This document shows, piece after piece, positions 43,601 to 52,921 of a DNA stretch of 64,000 nucleotides (position 1 is the first letter of the stretch; each line of letters starts with the position of its first letter). Where the stretch lies: positions 6,210-70,209 of the forward strand of contig CAYVIW010000076.1 of the NCBI GenBank assembly GCA_964451815.1. Reading direction: 5' to 3'. Under the pieces are notes generated by a model. That model was not told where the DNA came from and searched no databases. It saw only the letters and a list, made by a program, of their open reading frames with translations. The DNA comes from an uncultured Planctomycetia bacterium. GTDB taxonomy: Bacteria > Omnitrophota > Gorgyraeia > Tantalellales > Tantalellaceae. Position numbers and translations under genes: made by a program.

Positions 43601-44228
43601 GGGCCTTTCTTTCTATGGAGTTTATCTGCCTCTCGACTTCGCGGATAATATCGTTTATCCTGAGAAGATTGTCCCGGGTCTTCTCAAGTTTCATAAGAGC
43701 TTCGCGTTTTTTTGTTTTATATCTTGTTATGCCGCTGGCCTCCTCAAAAACATAACGCCTGTCTTCGGGCTTTGAGGAAAGTATCATATCCATACGGCCC
43801 TGCTCCACTATAGAGTAGGAACTTGTGCCTATACCGGTACCCATGAGAATATTCTTTATATCCATAAGACGTACCGGGGTCTTGTTGAGAATATACTCGC
43901 TTTCACCGGAGCGATAAAGCCGGCGGCTTATCGTGACTTCGTCAAAATCCACCGGGAGGGATCTGTCCTCGTTGGAAAAAGTAAGCGCTACCTCGGCAAA
44001 ATTAACTGGCTCATATTTATCGGTCCCGTTGAATATGACGTCCTGCATGGACGAAGACCTCATGCTTTTTGTCGACTGCTCCCCGAGCACCCACTTTATG
44101 GCATCAACAATATTGCTTTTACCGCATCCGTTGGGGCCGACGACCGCGGTGACGCCCGGCTCGAACTTGAGTTTTGTCTTGTTAAGAAAAGACTTGAACC
44201 CTACTATCTCAAGCTTCTTGAAATACAT
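40626..44228 (-). CDS. smc: Chromosome segregation protein SMC.
   Basis: 1200 aa with an N-terminal Walker A (GPNGCGKSN), long coiled coils, a hinge region, and a C-terminal signature motif and Walker B. Confidence 0.95.
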   Translation of the reverse strand: MYFKKLEIVGFKSFLNKTKLKFEPGVTAVVGPNGCGKSNIVDAIKWVLGEQSTKSMRSSSMQDVIFNGTDKYEPVNFAEVALTFSNEDRSLPVDFDEVTISRRLYRSGESEYILNKTPVRLMDIKNILMGTGIGTSSYSIVEQGRMDMILSSKPEDRRYVFEEASGITRYKTKKREALMKLEKTRDNLLRINDIIREVERQINSIERKARKAERYKARFEQLKTLEVKLSVKKYRELSTDDTSLVDKNRQIRETSEELARKVEEMSAMLLNARGEFNSLSEDLNNSQNEVMRLSTDIDKNRHTIEVNRERVEELRKQVERFDWEIEQATERKDSMKTRLDELEERFRDVSGRRQNKEEALSAAEDNIKAVTSSLETHRHELKMNREKIVDIVSEETRTKNALIKNGADIQNALSRERRLKLERNNVQAEKDNVAEKMRGIEEELVLATAGFGEKKDEYRVFSDEYVARQQRQALLVSDRAEKEKHLNRIKPRREFLEKLISEREGMGESVKDIMKRAESGDPRFSGVKGILSEIINVRESYEESVKSVLGDASHALVVDSRDTADRVIGYLAENAMESVNLIILGDIQKFLSGGDSPVVSGNSPLGGISEVITAREPYDTAIREFFSDILVTVSFETARSFLDSQPSFGGRIIGERGEVYQKGIFRSRNFSSKETIPLFGRREKLEQMKQEESSVEEAVRELTVSIDQLEEWFKASLSKKERLEAELREREMRLAEVSSRKSSVKEKMDSINEEVLILEAEIEEERDVLRQLNEDKERYEQTFVEVEKRQRELQESIDRAQEEIRENSVRREETLFCMSDLKAELSAMRKEEENLADNLERERRSFQRVDSDVEERRARINESGQRIRDLEEETVCLEGHNVELNSALEERNAEIFEKKERKDALAVRINRAQEELRSCEQELESARDKARDVDIMKKEIEFKRASIVEKMMDSYKVDISSVEVEIDPGADWDGVLSQIKDIKEQLERMGDVSLGAMEEHKQLEERFGFLSKQREDLESAREQLMQAIQKINRTTKKKFMESFEAIKKEFNDYFRMLFNGGKADLVLEDENNVLECGIDIVVRPPGKKLHNIMQLSGGEKAMTAIALIFAIFKVNPSPFCVLDEIDAPLDESNVVRFCRVLQEFLKLSQFVIITHNRMTIQLADVLYGITMEEKGVSKMVSVKFAEENEIKEKATVGAAV

Positions 44229-44239
44229 TTTTCCTCCCC

Positions 44240-44446
44240 CTATTTTCCGGCCTGTGAATTGCCTTCTATTATGCTTTTAAGATGCTCTATCTCTTCTTCA
44301 GTATATTCCCTGTAGCTGTTTATCGGATTGCGCCGAGGCTCAGGGAAGATGCCTTTCTTTTCATAGTTTATTACCGTACCCCGGTATATCCCGAGTATAT
44401 CGGCAACTTCCTGAACAGTATATTTTCTTGTTCCGTTAGCTATCAT
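44240..44446 (-). CDS. Small MerR-family helix-turn-helix DNA-binding protein.
   Basis: 68 aa; the segment YTVQEVADILGIYRGTVINYEKKGIFPEP…YTEEEIEHLKSI matches the MerR HTH pattern. It ends 11 nt before smc. Confidence 0.6.
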   Translation of the reverse strand: MIANGTRKYTVQEVADILGIYRGTVINYEKKGIFPEPRRNPINSYREYTEEEIEHLKSIIEGNSQAGK

Positions 44447-44833
44447 GATCCGGATTATAGTTTGATGACCTTTGTATATGTTTGAATGCCTTTGATTAAG
44501 TTTGTTAGAGTATATATGGCTTTGGTGTTCTTGTCAAGGTCTTAAGAAAAAAATATCACCGCTTTGGGATCCTCGCTAAGATCACTAAGACTAAAATCCT
44601 CTAATATAAGGGTATTCGGGTAAACAGCGGTATATTTTCGAGAGGCACCGTGAAGAGAGCAAGCATGGTCCCGCCCTGCGATATTATGACAATGGCGGGT
44701 TGCGGGCGGAACGTTGAGGACGATTTCCTCGCAAAATCGTACATCCCCTCGAGAATATACTGCTGTTTACCCTTGTTCTTTAGATAAGTAGTAAAATACC
44801 AAGGGACACTCATGGATCAAAGGGATAGTATCG

Positions 44834-46057
44834 CTACTTCTTGAGGACTTTTTTGAATTCCTGCGTGAGCATCGGGATGACCTTGAAGATATCGCCAACT
44901 ATGCCATATGTGGCTATTTTGAATATAGGAGCTTCGGGATCTTTGTTTATGGCGACTATCGTACCGGAAGACTGCATTCCTATAAGATGCTGTATCTGCC
45001 CGCTTATGCCGCACGCTATGTAAAGTTTGGGACACACTGTCTTTCCGGTCTGCCCGACCTGATGGGAATAGGGTATCCAGTCCGCGTCAACAGCCGCGCG
45101 CGAAGCCCCCAGTGCGCCGTTAAGAGTGAGAGCGAGGTCTTTTATCATGCCGAAGTTCTCCGCCCCGCCAACTCCCCTGCCGCCGGAAACTATTATATCG
45201 GCCTCGGCCAAATTAACCGTCTCCTCTATCTCCTCCACTATATCCATAAGCCGGGTACGCGAAACGAAAGCGTCTTCGGGGAACTCTTCCTTTATGATCT
45301 CGCCTTTGCGGGCGGGGTCAGGGTCTGATTCTTTCATTACCTTGTGCCGGACTGTGGCCATCTGAGGTCTGTGATTGGGTGATATTATGGTCGCCATGAT
45401 ATTCCCGCCGAAAGCCGGACGGGTCTGAAGCAGTATCTTCTCTTTCTCGTCAATGTCAAGACCGGTACAGTCGGCGGTAAGACCGGCCCCCAAAGTCACG
45501 GCAACGCGCGATATAAGGCTTCTACCTATAACGGTGGCGCCGCAGAGAACTATCTCGGGCTTGTATTTAGAAACAAGCCCTGTAAGGACTTTTGTGTAAG
45601 GATCGTCCAGATACCCCTTGAGCTTCGGCGAATCCACAAGATAGACCTTGTCGGCTCCCCTGGCGATAAGCTCAGCGCACTCTCCCTCTACATTCTCACC
45701 CAGCAATACAGCGCAAAGGTTCGAGCCTAGCCGGTCGGCGAGTTCTCTGCCTTTTCCCAGAAGCTCAAAAACCACCGACTGGACTTTTCCCTTTTTTTGT
45801 TCGGCGAAAACCCAAACATCTTTGTAAAGTGAAAAATCTACCTTACTCTCCGGTTCTTTCTTTTCGATCACTATAGCCTGGAACTTGCACGCTTCCGCAC
45901 ATGCCCCGCAAAGCGTACATTTTGTAAGGTCTATTACGGCCTTCCTATCTTTCATCTCTATGGCGCCGAAAGGACAAACCTTTACACAAAGCGTACAACC
46001 CGTGCATTTATCTATCAAAACTTTTATCGCGTCACTTCCCACTCTATCTCCTGTCAC
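44834..46057 (-). CDS. etfA: Electron transfer flavoprotein alpha subunit with an N-terminal 2x[4Fe-4S] ferredoxin domain.
   Basis: Two CxxCxxCxxxCP motifs at the N-terminus, followed by an EtfA FAD-binding region. Confidence 0.85.
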   Translation of the reverse strand: MTGDRVGSDAIKVLIDKCTGCTLCVKVCPFGAIEMKDRKAVIDLTKCTLCGACAEACKFQAIVIEKKEPESKVDFSLYKDVWVFAEQKKGKVQSVVFELLGKGRELADRLGSNLCAVLLGENVEGECAELIARGADKVYLVDSPKLKGYLDDPYTKVLTGLVSKYKPEIVLCGATVIGRSLISRVAVTLGAGLTADCTGLDIDEKEKILLQTRPAFGGNIMATIISPNHRPQMATVRHKVMKESDPDPARKGEIIKEEFPEDAFVSRTRLMDIVEEIEETVNLAEADIIVSGGRGVGGAENFGMIKDLALTLNGALGASRAAVDADWIPYSHQVGQTGKTVCPKLYIACGISGQIQHLIGMQSSGTIVAINKDPEAPIFKIATYGIVGDIFKVIPMLTQEFKKVLKK

Positions 46058-46093
46058 TGATCCGTCAACAAAGGTGGCAGACTATAAGCCCTG

Positions 46094-46885
46094 TCACCCG
46101 ATAATTACATCCTTCAATAAACCCGCGAGTTCTTTAGCTATCTCATCGGGCTCCCCTTCTATTATCTGTCCGCCTCCTCTGGGCGGGGGGGTAAAAACTT
46201 TCACAACGCGCGTGGGAGACCCGTCCAGCCCTATTTTATCATCATCACAGAGCAGGTCATCCGCCGTCCATACCGGTATTTCCGCTTTCTTGGCCCTCAT
46301 CTTGCCCTTCAGAGAAGGAAGGCGAGGCTCATTTATCTCTTTTACCACAGTGAACACGACCGGCAGGGGTGTTTCTATAATATCATATCCCTCCTCTGTC
46401 ATGCGTTCGACCAGGGCCTTTTGCGCGTCTATTTTCTCTATCTTTTTCACATATGTGACCTGGGGAATATCAAGATGCATCGATATCCCGGGGCCTACCT
46501 GCGCGGTATCTCCGTCGGATGCCTGTTTGCCGCAAAATACCACCCCATGATCACCTATTTTCCTGATAGCCTGAGCGAGAGTATAGCTGGTTGCCCAGGT
46601 ATCGCTTCCGGCGAACTTCCTGTCGCTTACAAGAACAGCGCTGTCACAGCCCATGGATATGGCTTCACGCAGAGCTTCAGATGCCTGCGGTGGACCCATG
46701 CTTATCGCTACCACCTCGGCCCCCTCTCCAAACCGCTCCTTAAGACGCAGAGCTTCCTCTATGGCGTACATATCGAAAGGATTTATTACCGACTCCACGC
46801 CTTCTCTTTTGAGCGTGTTGGTAACGGGATCTATCTTAACATCTGTGGTGTTGGGAACCTGTTTTATGAGTACAAGTATTTTCAT
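46094..46885 (-). CDS. etfB: Electron transfer flavoprotein beta subunit.
   Basis: Begins MKILVLIKQVPNTTDVKID…. Confidence 0.9.
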   Translation of the reverse strand: MKILVLIKQVPNTTDVKIDPVTNTLKREGVESVINPFDMYAIEEALRLKERFGEGAEVVAISMGPPQASEALREAISMGCDSAVLVSDRKFAGSDTWATSYTLAQAIRKIGDHGVVFCGKQASDGDTAQVGPGISMHLDIPQVTYVKKIEKIDAQKALVERMTEEGYDIIETPLPVVFTVVKEINEPRLPSLKGKMRAKKAEIPVWTADDLLCDDDKIGLDGSPTRVVKVFTPPPRGGGQIIEGEPDEIAKELAGLLKDVIIG

Positions 46886-46981
46886 GGCTTTTTGGTCTTA
46901 CCCCTGTGAACGCAAACTCATGGGCTATGCCGCAGCTTACGTTCCTACCAGAGCTTACTCCGCTTCCTTCAAAACTCCCGT

Positions 46982-48136
46982 TTACTTCGCCAGCCCTTGC
47001 TTTATAAGCGCCGACGCTATGACACTGCGCTGTATCTGGTTAGTCCCTTCATATATCTGGGTTATTTTGGCGTCTCTCATGAGCTTCTCGACAGGGTACT
47101 CCTTCATATAACCGTATCCCCCGAAAAGCTGAACGGCGTCGGTCGTAACTTTCATCGCCGTATCTGAGGCAAAAAGCTTGCACATTGCCGAAACTTTAGC
47201 TATGTTCTTAGCTCCAGAATCGACCATCCTCGCGGCCGAGTATATCATGGCTCTCGAGGCCTCGACCTGTGTCGCCATATCCGCCAGCATCCACTGTACT
47301 CCCTGGAAAGACGATATCGACGCTCCGAACTGTCTTCTTTCATGGGTATATTTCACAGCTTCGTCAACGGCCCTCTGAGCTATACCTACAGCCTGAGCCG
47401 CCACGCCGGGCCTTGAGTGGTCGAAAGTCTTCATGGCCACAATGAACCCGAGCCCTTCCTTGCCCAACAAATTCTCTTTAGGTATCTTACAATCGGTAAA
47501 AATTACCTCTCTTGTGGCCGACCCTCTTATGCCGAGCTTATCTTCTTTTTTACCGAAACTTACTCCCGGGGTATCCTTGTCCACAATAAAAGCGCTTGCG
47601 CCGCGGGCGCCTTTAGACCTGTCGCTCATAGCTATAACTGTATACACCTCGGCTTCCCCGCCATTGGTGATCCATTGCTTCGTACCGTTAAGTATGTAAT
47701 GGTCTCCATCTTTTTTAGCGGTGGTCTTTATCCCGCCGGCGTCCGAGCCGGCTTCGGCTTCGGTAATGCAGAACGCCGCCAGCTTTTTCCCCGACGCTAT
47801 GTCAGGCAGATATTTTGCTTTCTGCTCTTCGTTAGCGTACAAAAGTATCGGATATGTACCGAGACCCGTAGCCGCAAAAGCAAGAGCTATTCCCCCGCAT
47901 CCCCATGAAAGCTGCTCGGTCGCTATGGCCATCTCAAGAACCCCGCCGCCCATGCCGCCGTATTCCTCGGGTATATAAACTCCACATATGTCTGACTCGG
48001 CGAAGATCTTAACTATGTCCCAGGGGAACTCGTTCTTCTCATCGTACTCAGCGGCGACCGGCTTTATCTTTTCCTCCGCTATCTGGTGGCAAAGTTCCTT
48101 TATCATCTGTTGTTCTTCGGTCAAGAGATAATCCAT
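46982..48136 (-). CDS. Acyl-CoA dehydrogenase (short-chain/butyryl-CoA type).
   Basis: ACAD fold; I placed the start at MDYLLTEEQQ. Confidence 0.85.
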   Translation of the reverse strand: MDYLLTEEQQMIKELCHQIAEEKIKPVAAEYDEKNEFPWDIVKIFAESDICGVYIPEEYGGMGGGVLEMAIATEQLSWGCGGIALAFAATGLGTYPILLYANEEQKAKYLPDIASGKKLAAFCITEAEAGSDAGGIKTTAKKDGDHYILNGTKQWITNGGEAEVYTVIAMSDRSKGARGASAFIVDKDTPGVSFGKKEDKLGIRGSATREVIFTDCKIPKENLLGKEGLGFIVAMKTFDHSRPGVAAQAVGIAQRAVDEAVKYTHERRQFGASISSFQGVQWMLADMATQVEASRAMIYSAARMVDSGAKNIAKVSAMCKLFASDTAMKVTTDAVQLFGGYGYMKEYPVEKLMRDAKITQIYEGTNQIQRSVIASALIKQGLAK

Positions 48137-48235
48137 TTGGGTCTCCTTGTTTTTTCCTGAACCTGGTCCGCTCAAGGCGTTCAGCTTAAAATATTCGTTT
48201 TCCCGCGAGAAAGTCCGAAGCGTTTAAAGGGCAAA

Positions 48236-49495
48236 TTACTCTTTGAACTTTTTCAGGGTAAGAGTAACGTTATGCCCGCCAAACCCAAGAGAGTTACTTA
48301 TGGCGATATCAACCCCGGCTTCCCGCGCGACATTAGGCACGTAATCCAGATCGCAATCGGGATCGGGATTCTCGTAGTTTATGGTAGGAGGTATAACGCT
48401 ATGCTTTATCGCAAGCGCGCAAGCTATGAGCTCTGTAGCGCCTGTAGCTCCCAAAAGATGCCCGGTAACTCCCTTTGTGGAGCTTACCGGCATATCGTAA
48501 GCCCGCTGACCGAACACCTTCTTAATAGCGCCGGTTTCCATTTTATCGTTAAGTATTGTAGACGTTCCATGAGCGTTTATGTAGTCCACATCCGAGGGGT
48601 CTACGCCCGCGTCCTTAAGTGACCCTCTCATGCATCTTACAGCCCCGTCCCCTTCGGGGTCTGGGGCCGTCATGTGATAGGCGTCCCCGCTCATCCCGTA
48701 GCCGGCGATCTCACAGTATATTTCCGCGCCGCGCTTTCTGGCGTGCTCGAGTTCTTCCAGAACTACCACACCGGAGCCTTCGCCCATTACGAACCCGTCC
48801 CTGTCCCGGTCAAAAGGCCGCGAAGCATGCTGCGGATCATCGTTGCGCATGGAAAGAGCTTTTAACGCGCAAAACCCACCGAATCCCATTTTGGTTATGG
48901 CCGCTTCGGACCCGCCCGCCACCATTATATCGGCTTCGCACCTCTGTATTATTTTGAAAGCGTCCCCTATAGAATGGCTGCCGGTAGCACACGCGGTTAC
49001 AGCCGAAGAATTCGGCCCCTTGAACCCGAGCTCTATGGATACCATTCCCGAAGCCATATTGACTATCAGCATCGGGATAAGGAATGGCGATATCTTAGAG
49101 GCCGCTTTGGCTTCGTCGTCCGAACGAATATACTTCTCATGCTCGGCTTCAACCGTATGAAGGCCTCCTATTCCTGAACCTATATATACGCCCGCTTTTT
49201 CCTGGATGATTTTATCCCGATCAAGACCGCTATCCTCCACGGCCATCTTAGCGGCGGCTATGGCGAACTTAACGAACTTGTCGAGACGCCTTTCCTGTTT
49301 CGGGTTCATATACCGCTTAGCGTCGAAATCCTTTACCTCCGCGGCTATGCGGGAGTTAAAGGGGGAGGGATCAAAAACGGTAAGGCGTGTCACACCTGTC
49401 TTACCATTGATGAGGGAATCCCAGTAATCTTTGACGTTGTTCCCTACGGGAGTAACAGCGCCTACTCCCGTAAGGACTACTCTTCTTTTGGACAT
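48236..49495 (-). CDS. fabF: 3-oxoacyl-ACP synthase II.
   Basis: Cys-His-His ketoacyl synthase motifs. Confidence 0.9.
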   Translation of the reverse strand: MSKRRVVLTGVGAVTPVGNNVKDYWDSLINGKTGVTRLTVFDPSPFNSRIAAEVKDFDAKRYMNPKQERRLDKFVKFAIAAAKMAVEDSGLDRDKIIQEKAGVYIGSGIGGLHTVEAEHEKYIRSDDEAKAASKISPFLIPMLIVNMASGMVSIELGFKGPNSSAVTACATGSHSIGDAFKIIQRCEADIMVAGGSEAAITKMGFGGFCALKALSMRNDDPQHASRPFDRDRDGFVMGEGSGVVVLEELEHARKRGAEIYCEIAGYGMSGDAYHMTAPDPEGDGAVRCMRGSLKDAGVDPSDVDYINAHGTSTILNDKMETGAIKKVFGQRAYDMPVSSTKGVTGHLLGATGATELIACALAIKHSVIPPTINYENPDPDCDLDYVPNVAREAGVDIAISNSLGFGGHNVTLTLKKFKE

Positions 49496-49521
49496 CTTAA
49501 TTTTCGGAAGGTTGCTGACTC

Positions 49522-49764
49522 TTATTTACCGGCGGCTTTTTCTTCTATGTAAGCGATAGCTTCGCCTACCGTAGTAAGCTTTTCCGCGTCTTCATCAGGT
49601 ATCTCAGCACCAAACTCCTCTTCGAGAGCCATTACCAGCTCCACAGTATCGAGGGAATCCGCTCCAAGATCGTCGATGAATTTGGCGTCATCTTTAACTT
49701 CCTCGATCTTTACACCAAGCTGCTCAGCTACGATCGATTTTACCTTTTCAGCTATCTCTGACAT
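49522..49764 (-). CDS. acpP: Acyl carrier protein.
   Basis: [17 protein letters not shown] motif. Confidence 0.95.
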   Translation of the reverse strand: MSEIAEKVKSIVAEQLGVKIEEVKDDAKFIDDLGADSLDTVELVMALEEEFGAEIPDEDAEKLTTVGEAIAYIEEKAAGK

Positions 49765-49869
49765 TTTTCCTCCTTTTATATTACAGTTAGGTAAAACTGC
49801 CTCTCAAATATCCGCTACCTGTATCAACTATTAACCTATGTCGCTTCGCTCCATAAGTTATGGTCTCGT

Positions 49870-50613
49870 TTACATTACCATCCCGCCGTCTATTTTTATG
49901 ACCTGCCCCGTTATATAAGAAGAGCTTTCGCTTGCCAGGAAAAGCGCCAGCCTGGCTACATCTCGAGTCTCTCCCATGCGCCCCAGCGGTATCAGGCTTA
50001 AAAGACTTTCCCGGGCTTCTTCTCCCAGCTTATCGGTCATATCTGTCTTTATAAAACCGGGCGCTATGGCATTAGCCGTTATATTACGCGACCCAAGTTC
50101 CTTGGCGACGGTCTTTGTCAAAGCTATAAGGCCGCCCTTGCTTGCCGAATAATTGGCCTGACCCGCATTGCCCATGACCCCTATTATAGAGGCCATGTTT
50201 ATTATTCTTCCCGACCTGGCTTTCATCATGGGGCGGGTAACGGCTTTTATGCAGTTGAAGGCGCCTTTAAGATTAACATTAATAACGGCGTCCCATTCGT
50301 CTTCCGACATCCTCATAATAAGATCATCTCTGGTGATGCCGGCATTGTTGACAAGTATATCCAATGTGTTGAAATTGTCAAGGGTTTTCTTGACAAAATC
50401 GTTCACTTCAACGGCGCTTGTTACATCTACCTTTCCCGTCATAACCTTGCGTCCGGTCGCCGACTCTATTTCACTTTTAGCGGCGGCAAGGTCCGACTCG
50501 TTTACGTCACATATGGCTATATCCGAACCGTTCTCGGCGAAAAGCATGGCGATATCTCTGCCTATGCCCCGTCCTCCTCCGGTTATAAATGAGACCTTAT
50601 CTTTAAGAAACAT
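49870..50613 (-). CDS. fabG: 3-oxoacyl-ACP reductase.
   Basis: SDR family protein with a GGGRGIG cofactor-binding motif. A GGAGGTG ribosome-binding site precedes the ATG at 50613. Confidence 0.9.
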   Translation of the reverse strand: MFLKDKVSFITGGGRGIGRDIAMLFAENGSDIAICDVNESDLAAAKSEIESATGRKVMTGKVDVTSAVEVNDFVKKTLDNFNTLDILVNNAGITRDDLIMRMSEDEWDAVINVNLKGAFNCIKAVTRPMMKARSGRIINMASIIGVMGNAGQANYSASKGGLIALTKTVAKELGSRNITANAIAPGFIKTDMTDKLGEEARESLLSLIPLGRMGETRDVARLALFLASESSSYITGQVIKIDGGMVM

Positions 50614-50728
50614 TAGCACCTCCGTATTTTCCGCACATAATTGTAACAGCATTGAATATTTTGTCAAGCGATTTTGCCGCGCAAGCTTCAAATAAAGGCT
50701 TTTTATATAAGCCGGGAAGTTATTATGT

Positions 50729-51217
50729 TCAGTAGAAGAGGTCTTCGTACGGGTCTATCCTGAGATAAAAGATCCTGTATTCGCCGTCCTCGTCCTCGGC
50801 AAAGATACACCTTATACCCGTTTCAGCATTCTCGGAAAATTCCGCTTTATAGGCAAGAAGCGGATAACGCCTGATCGGATCGGATCTTTCGAGTAAAAAT
50901 TGTTTGGAAACATAGTCCCCGTATTCCGCCTTATATCCATGGACCCATAACGCCCTGAAAGCTCTTTCAGACATCTTGCGCCTGCGGCTGGAAAAGTTTT
51001 TTATAAAGCCTTGATAGTCCTGTCTGTTATAGGCTTTTAATGCCATCTCAAGAAGGGGCTCATGATCCTGTCTGAAAACCATCCATTCCTCTTGGGTAAA
51101 ATTTTCCGAAGAATTCGCCCCGCTTTGCGCCACGCAAGTACGAGGAACGGCGGTTATCCAGCATACCGTTAATACAAAGCCCGCCAGGATCGACACGTAA
51201 ATACTCGTTCTTACCAT
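50729..51217 (-). CDS. Hypothetical secreted protein.
   Basis: N-terminal signal peptide; no confident family assignment. Confidence 0.5.
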   Translation of the reverse strand: MVRTSIYVSILAGFVLTVCWITAVPRTCVAQSGANSSENFTQEEWMVFRQDHEPLLEMALKAYNRQDYQGFIKNFSSRRRKMSERAFRALWVHGYKAEYGDYVSKQFLLERSDPIRRYPLLAYKAEFSENAETGIRCIFAEDEDGEYRIFYLRIDPYEDLFY

Positions 51218-51297
51218 ATCATTCCCTTTGAAAAAATTATGTTCTTATATGAGATCAACACATACAGCGCGCACCGCATATTCTACTACCGGGGCGA

Positions 51298-52860
51298 TCA
51301 GTTTTCAAGCATCTCGGAAAACCCACCTCCGGTATAAGCGTCTATATAAGCCGTAAGCTCTTCTATTCTGGAAAGTCTGGTCTTAAGGCCGGAACCATCC
51401 TCTTCAGTTAGGGACCGTGCCTCTTTTATCAGTTTTTTCCTCTCAAAATACAACCTGGTTACATCCTCAAGAATATTATTCCTGAGCTGGACCATGAGCT
51501 TGCTCCTGGTGTCGATCGACGTCTGAGAGGGATTCCAGATAATATTCCCCAGATCCCATACCATGGTAGCCTTCCAGTCGTTCCTCCTGTCGCGTGGACC
51601 ATCCACTATATATGTTCTGGTCGCGCTCTTGTATATTTCCAGATTGTCATTATAGACTTCCCCATAGGCAACAGTAAGCCTGGGGAGCACGGCGTTCCAC
51701 CTGGCGCCCCGCCTCCAACCTTTTATTTTGTCCGGGCTCACCTCGGCATACTCTATGGCCATCTTCTGTGTGGTTGTTATATCCGGACCGGCGGGCGGGA
51801 ATCGAAAACCGGAAGATGAGTTTCTGAATTCGGTGCCATAACCGAACGTGTTCAATTCCCGCGTATATACTTTCCTCTCGGTTGTTATCAGGATATTGCA
51901 GGCACCTTTTTCATCCATGTGAATATCAAGGCCCGTTATGTCCCCTTCCGCCGAAGCCTCGAATATCGAGGTCCACGCGCGGGATACGGGATCTCTCAAA
52001 AAAACCTTGTTCCGGACCGCCGCCATTATGCCCGCCCTCGTTCCGATAGCCATGTTGATCCCCGAAGATGACAACCCATCGACATTGATGTGTTCAGACT
52101 TTTCAGTAAGAGCGTCAAAAAGAACGATCCCCCTTTTGGTGGAAACAACAACCCCTGAAGGGTATCCCACCCCTACATACCTTATGGGCGGCAGGTCAGG
52201 CTCTTCATCTTCCGTTCTATCTTCAAACTCGGAACTATCTCCGTCTGAAACGATGAAATACCTTTTCCATTCCATGGCTCCATCACCTGAATACATAAGG
52301 TCTTCCCCACAAGCCGCGTAGATGACACCGGAGTCTGACACGACGCTTTCTATCTGCCCGGACCTGGGTCCCGTGAAGACAGGCCGTAGGTCCTTGCCCT
52401 CCACAATGAACATCTCATCCACAGTCCACACAATGATCTTGTCTCTGTTCGCGACGAATTCCACCCCCCTGAGACCTTTTTTACCCGGTATATGCCGCCA
52501 TGCCTTACGGGAATGCCCCGCGTTGCCGGGAATAGTATTTATGAACAACCCTTCCATGGTCGCGGCGAGCACTCTTTCCCCCGCGAAAACTATCCCTGTA
52601 ACATGGACATTCCCCGCGGGTAAAGCGGCTTTCTCCCAGTTCTTTCCCCGGTCAATAGTATAGTAAAGCCCGTCTTGTGTTCCTATGTATACCATATCAC
52701 TGCCACTGACGCCTTTTACGCATGTAAGAACAGAGCCTCTTCCTATATTAGCGGTAATATCCTCGAACCCATAAACATTAATGGCACCCGCGAACAATAT
52801 AAAAAACAATAAAAACCGTCCCACGAGCGCCTTGGCCTTTTTCCTTCCCGTCTTTTCCAT
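51298..52860 (-). CDS. Hypothetical secreted protein with BNR/Ycf48-like beta-propeller repeats and a C-terminal coiled coil.
   Basis: Signal peptide followed by repeats resembling the BNR motif S-x-D-x-G-x-T-W (TIDRGKNWE, YSGDGAMEWK). Confidence 0.5.
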   Translation of the reverse strand: MEKTGRKKAKALVGRFLLFFILFAGAINVYGFEDITANIGRGSVLTCVKGVSGSDMVYIGTQDGLYYTIDRGKNWEKAALPAGNVHVTGIVFAGERVLAATMEGLFINTIPGNAGHSRKAWRHIPGKKGLRGVEFVANRDKIIVWTVDEMFIVEGKDLRPVFTGPRSGQIESVVSDSGVIYAACGEDLMYSGDGAMEWKRYFIVSDGDSSEFEDRTEDEEPDLPPIRYVGVGYPSGVVVSTKRGIVLFDALTEKSEHINVDGLSSSGINMAIGTRAGIMAAVRNKVFLRDPVSRAWTSIFEASAEGDITGLDIHMDEKGACNILITTERKVYTRELNTFGYGTEFRNSSSGFRFPPAGPDITTTQKMAIEYAEVSPDKIKGWRRGARWNAVLPRLTVAYGEVYNDNLEIYKSATRTYIVDGPRDRRNDWKATMVWDLGNIIWNPSQTSIDTRSKLMVQLRNNILEDVTRLYFERKKLIKEARSLTEEDGSGLKTRLSRIEELTAYIDAYTGGGFSEMLEN

Positions 52861-52921
52861 TTTTTCACTCCTTTTTTAGTTTTGACCTTGACATAAACAC
52901 TGCCTTTGATAGAATGTATCT

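Noticed and set aside
44601-44813. A 70-aa minus-strand ORF in the gap between the MerR-like gene and etfA.
   Set aside because: It has no ribosome-binding site, an odd composition, and lies inside the probable promoter region for merR-smc. It is probably non-coding.
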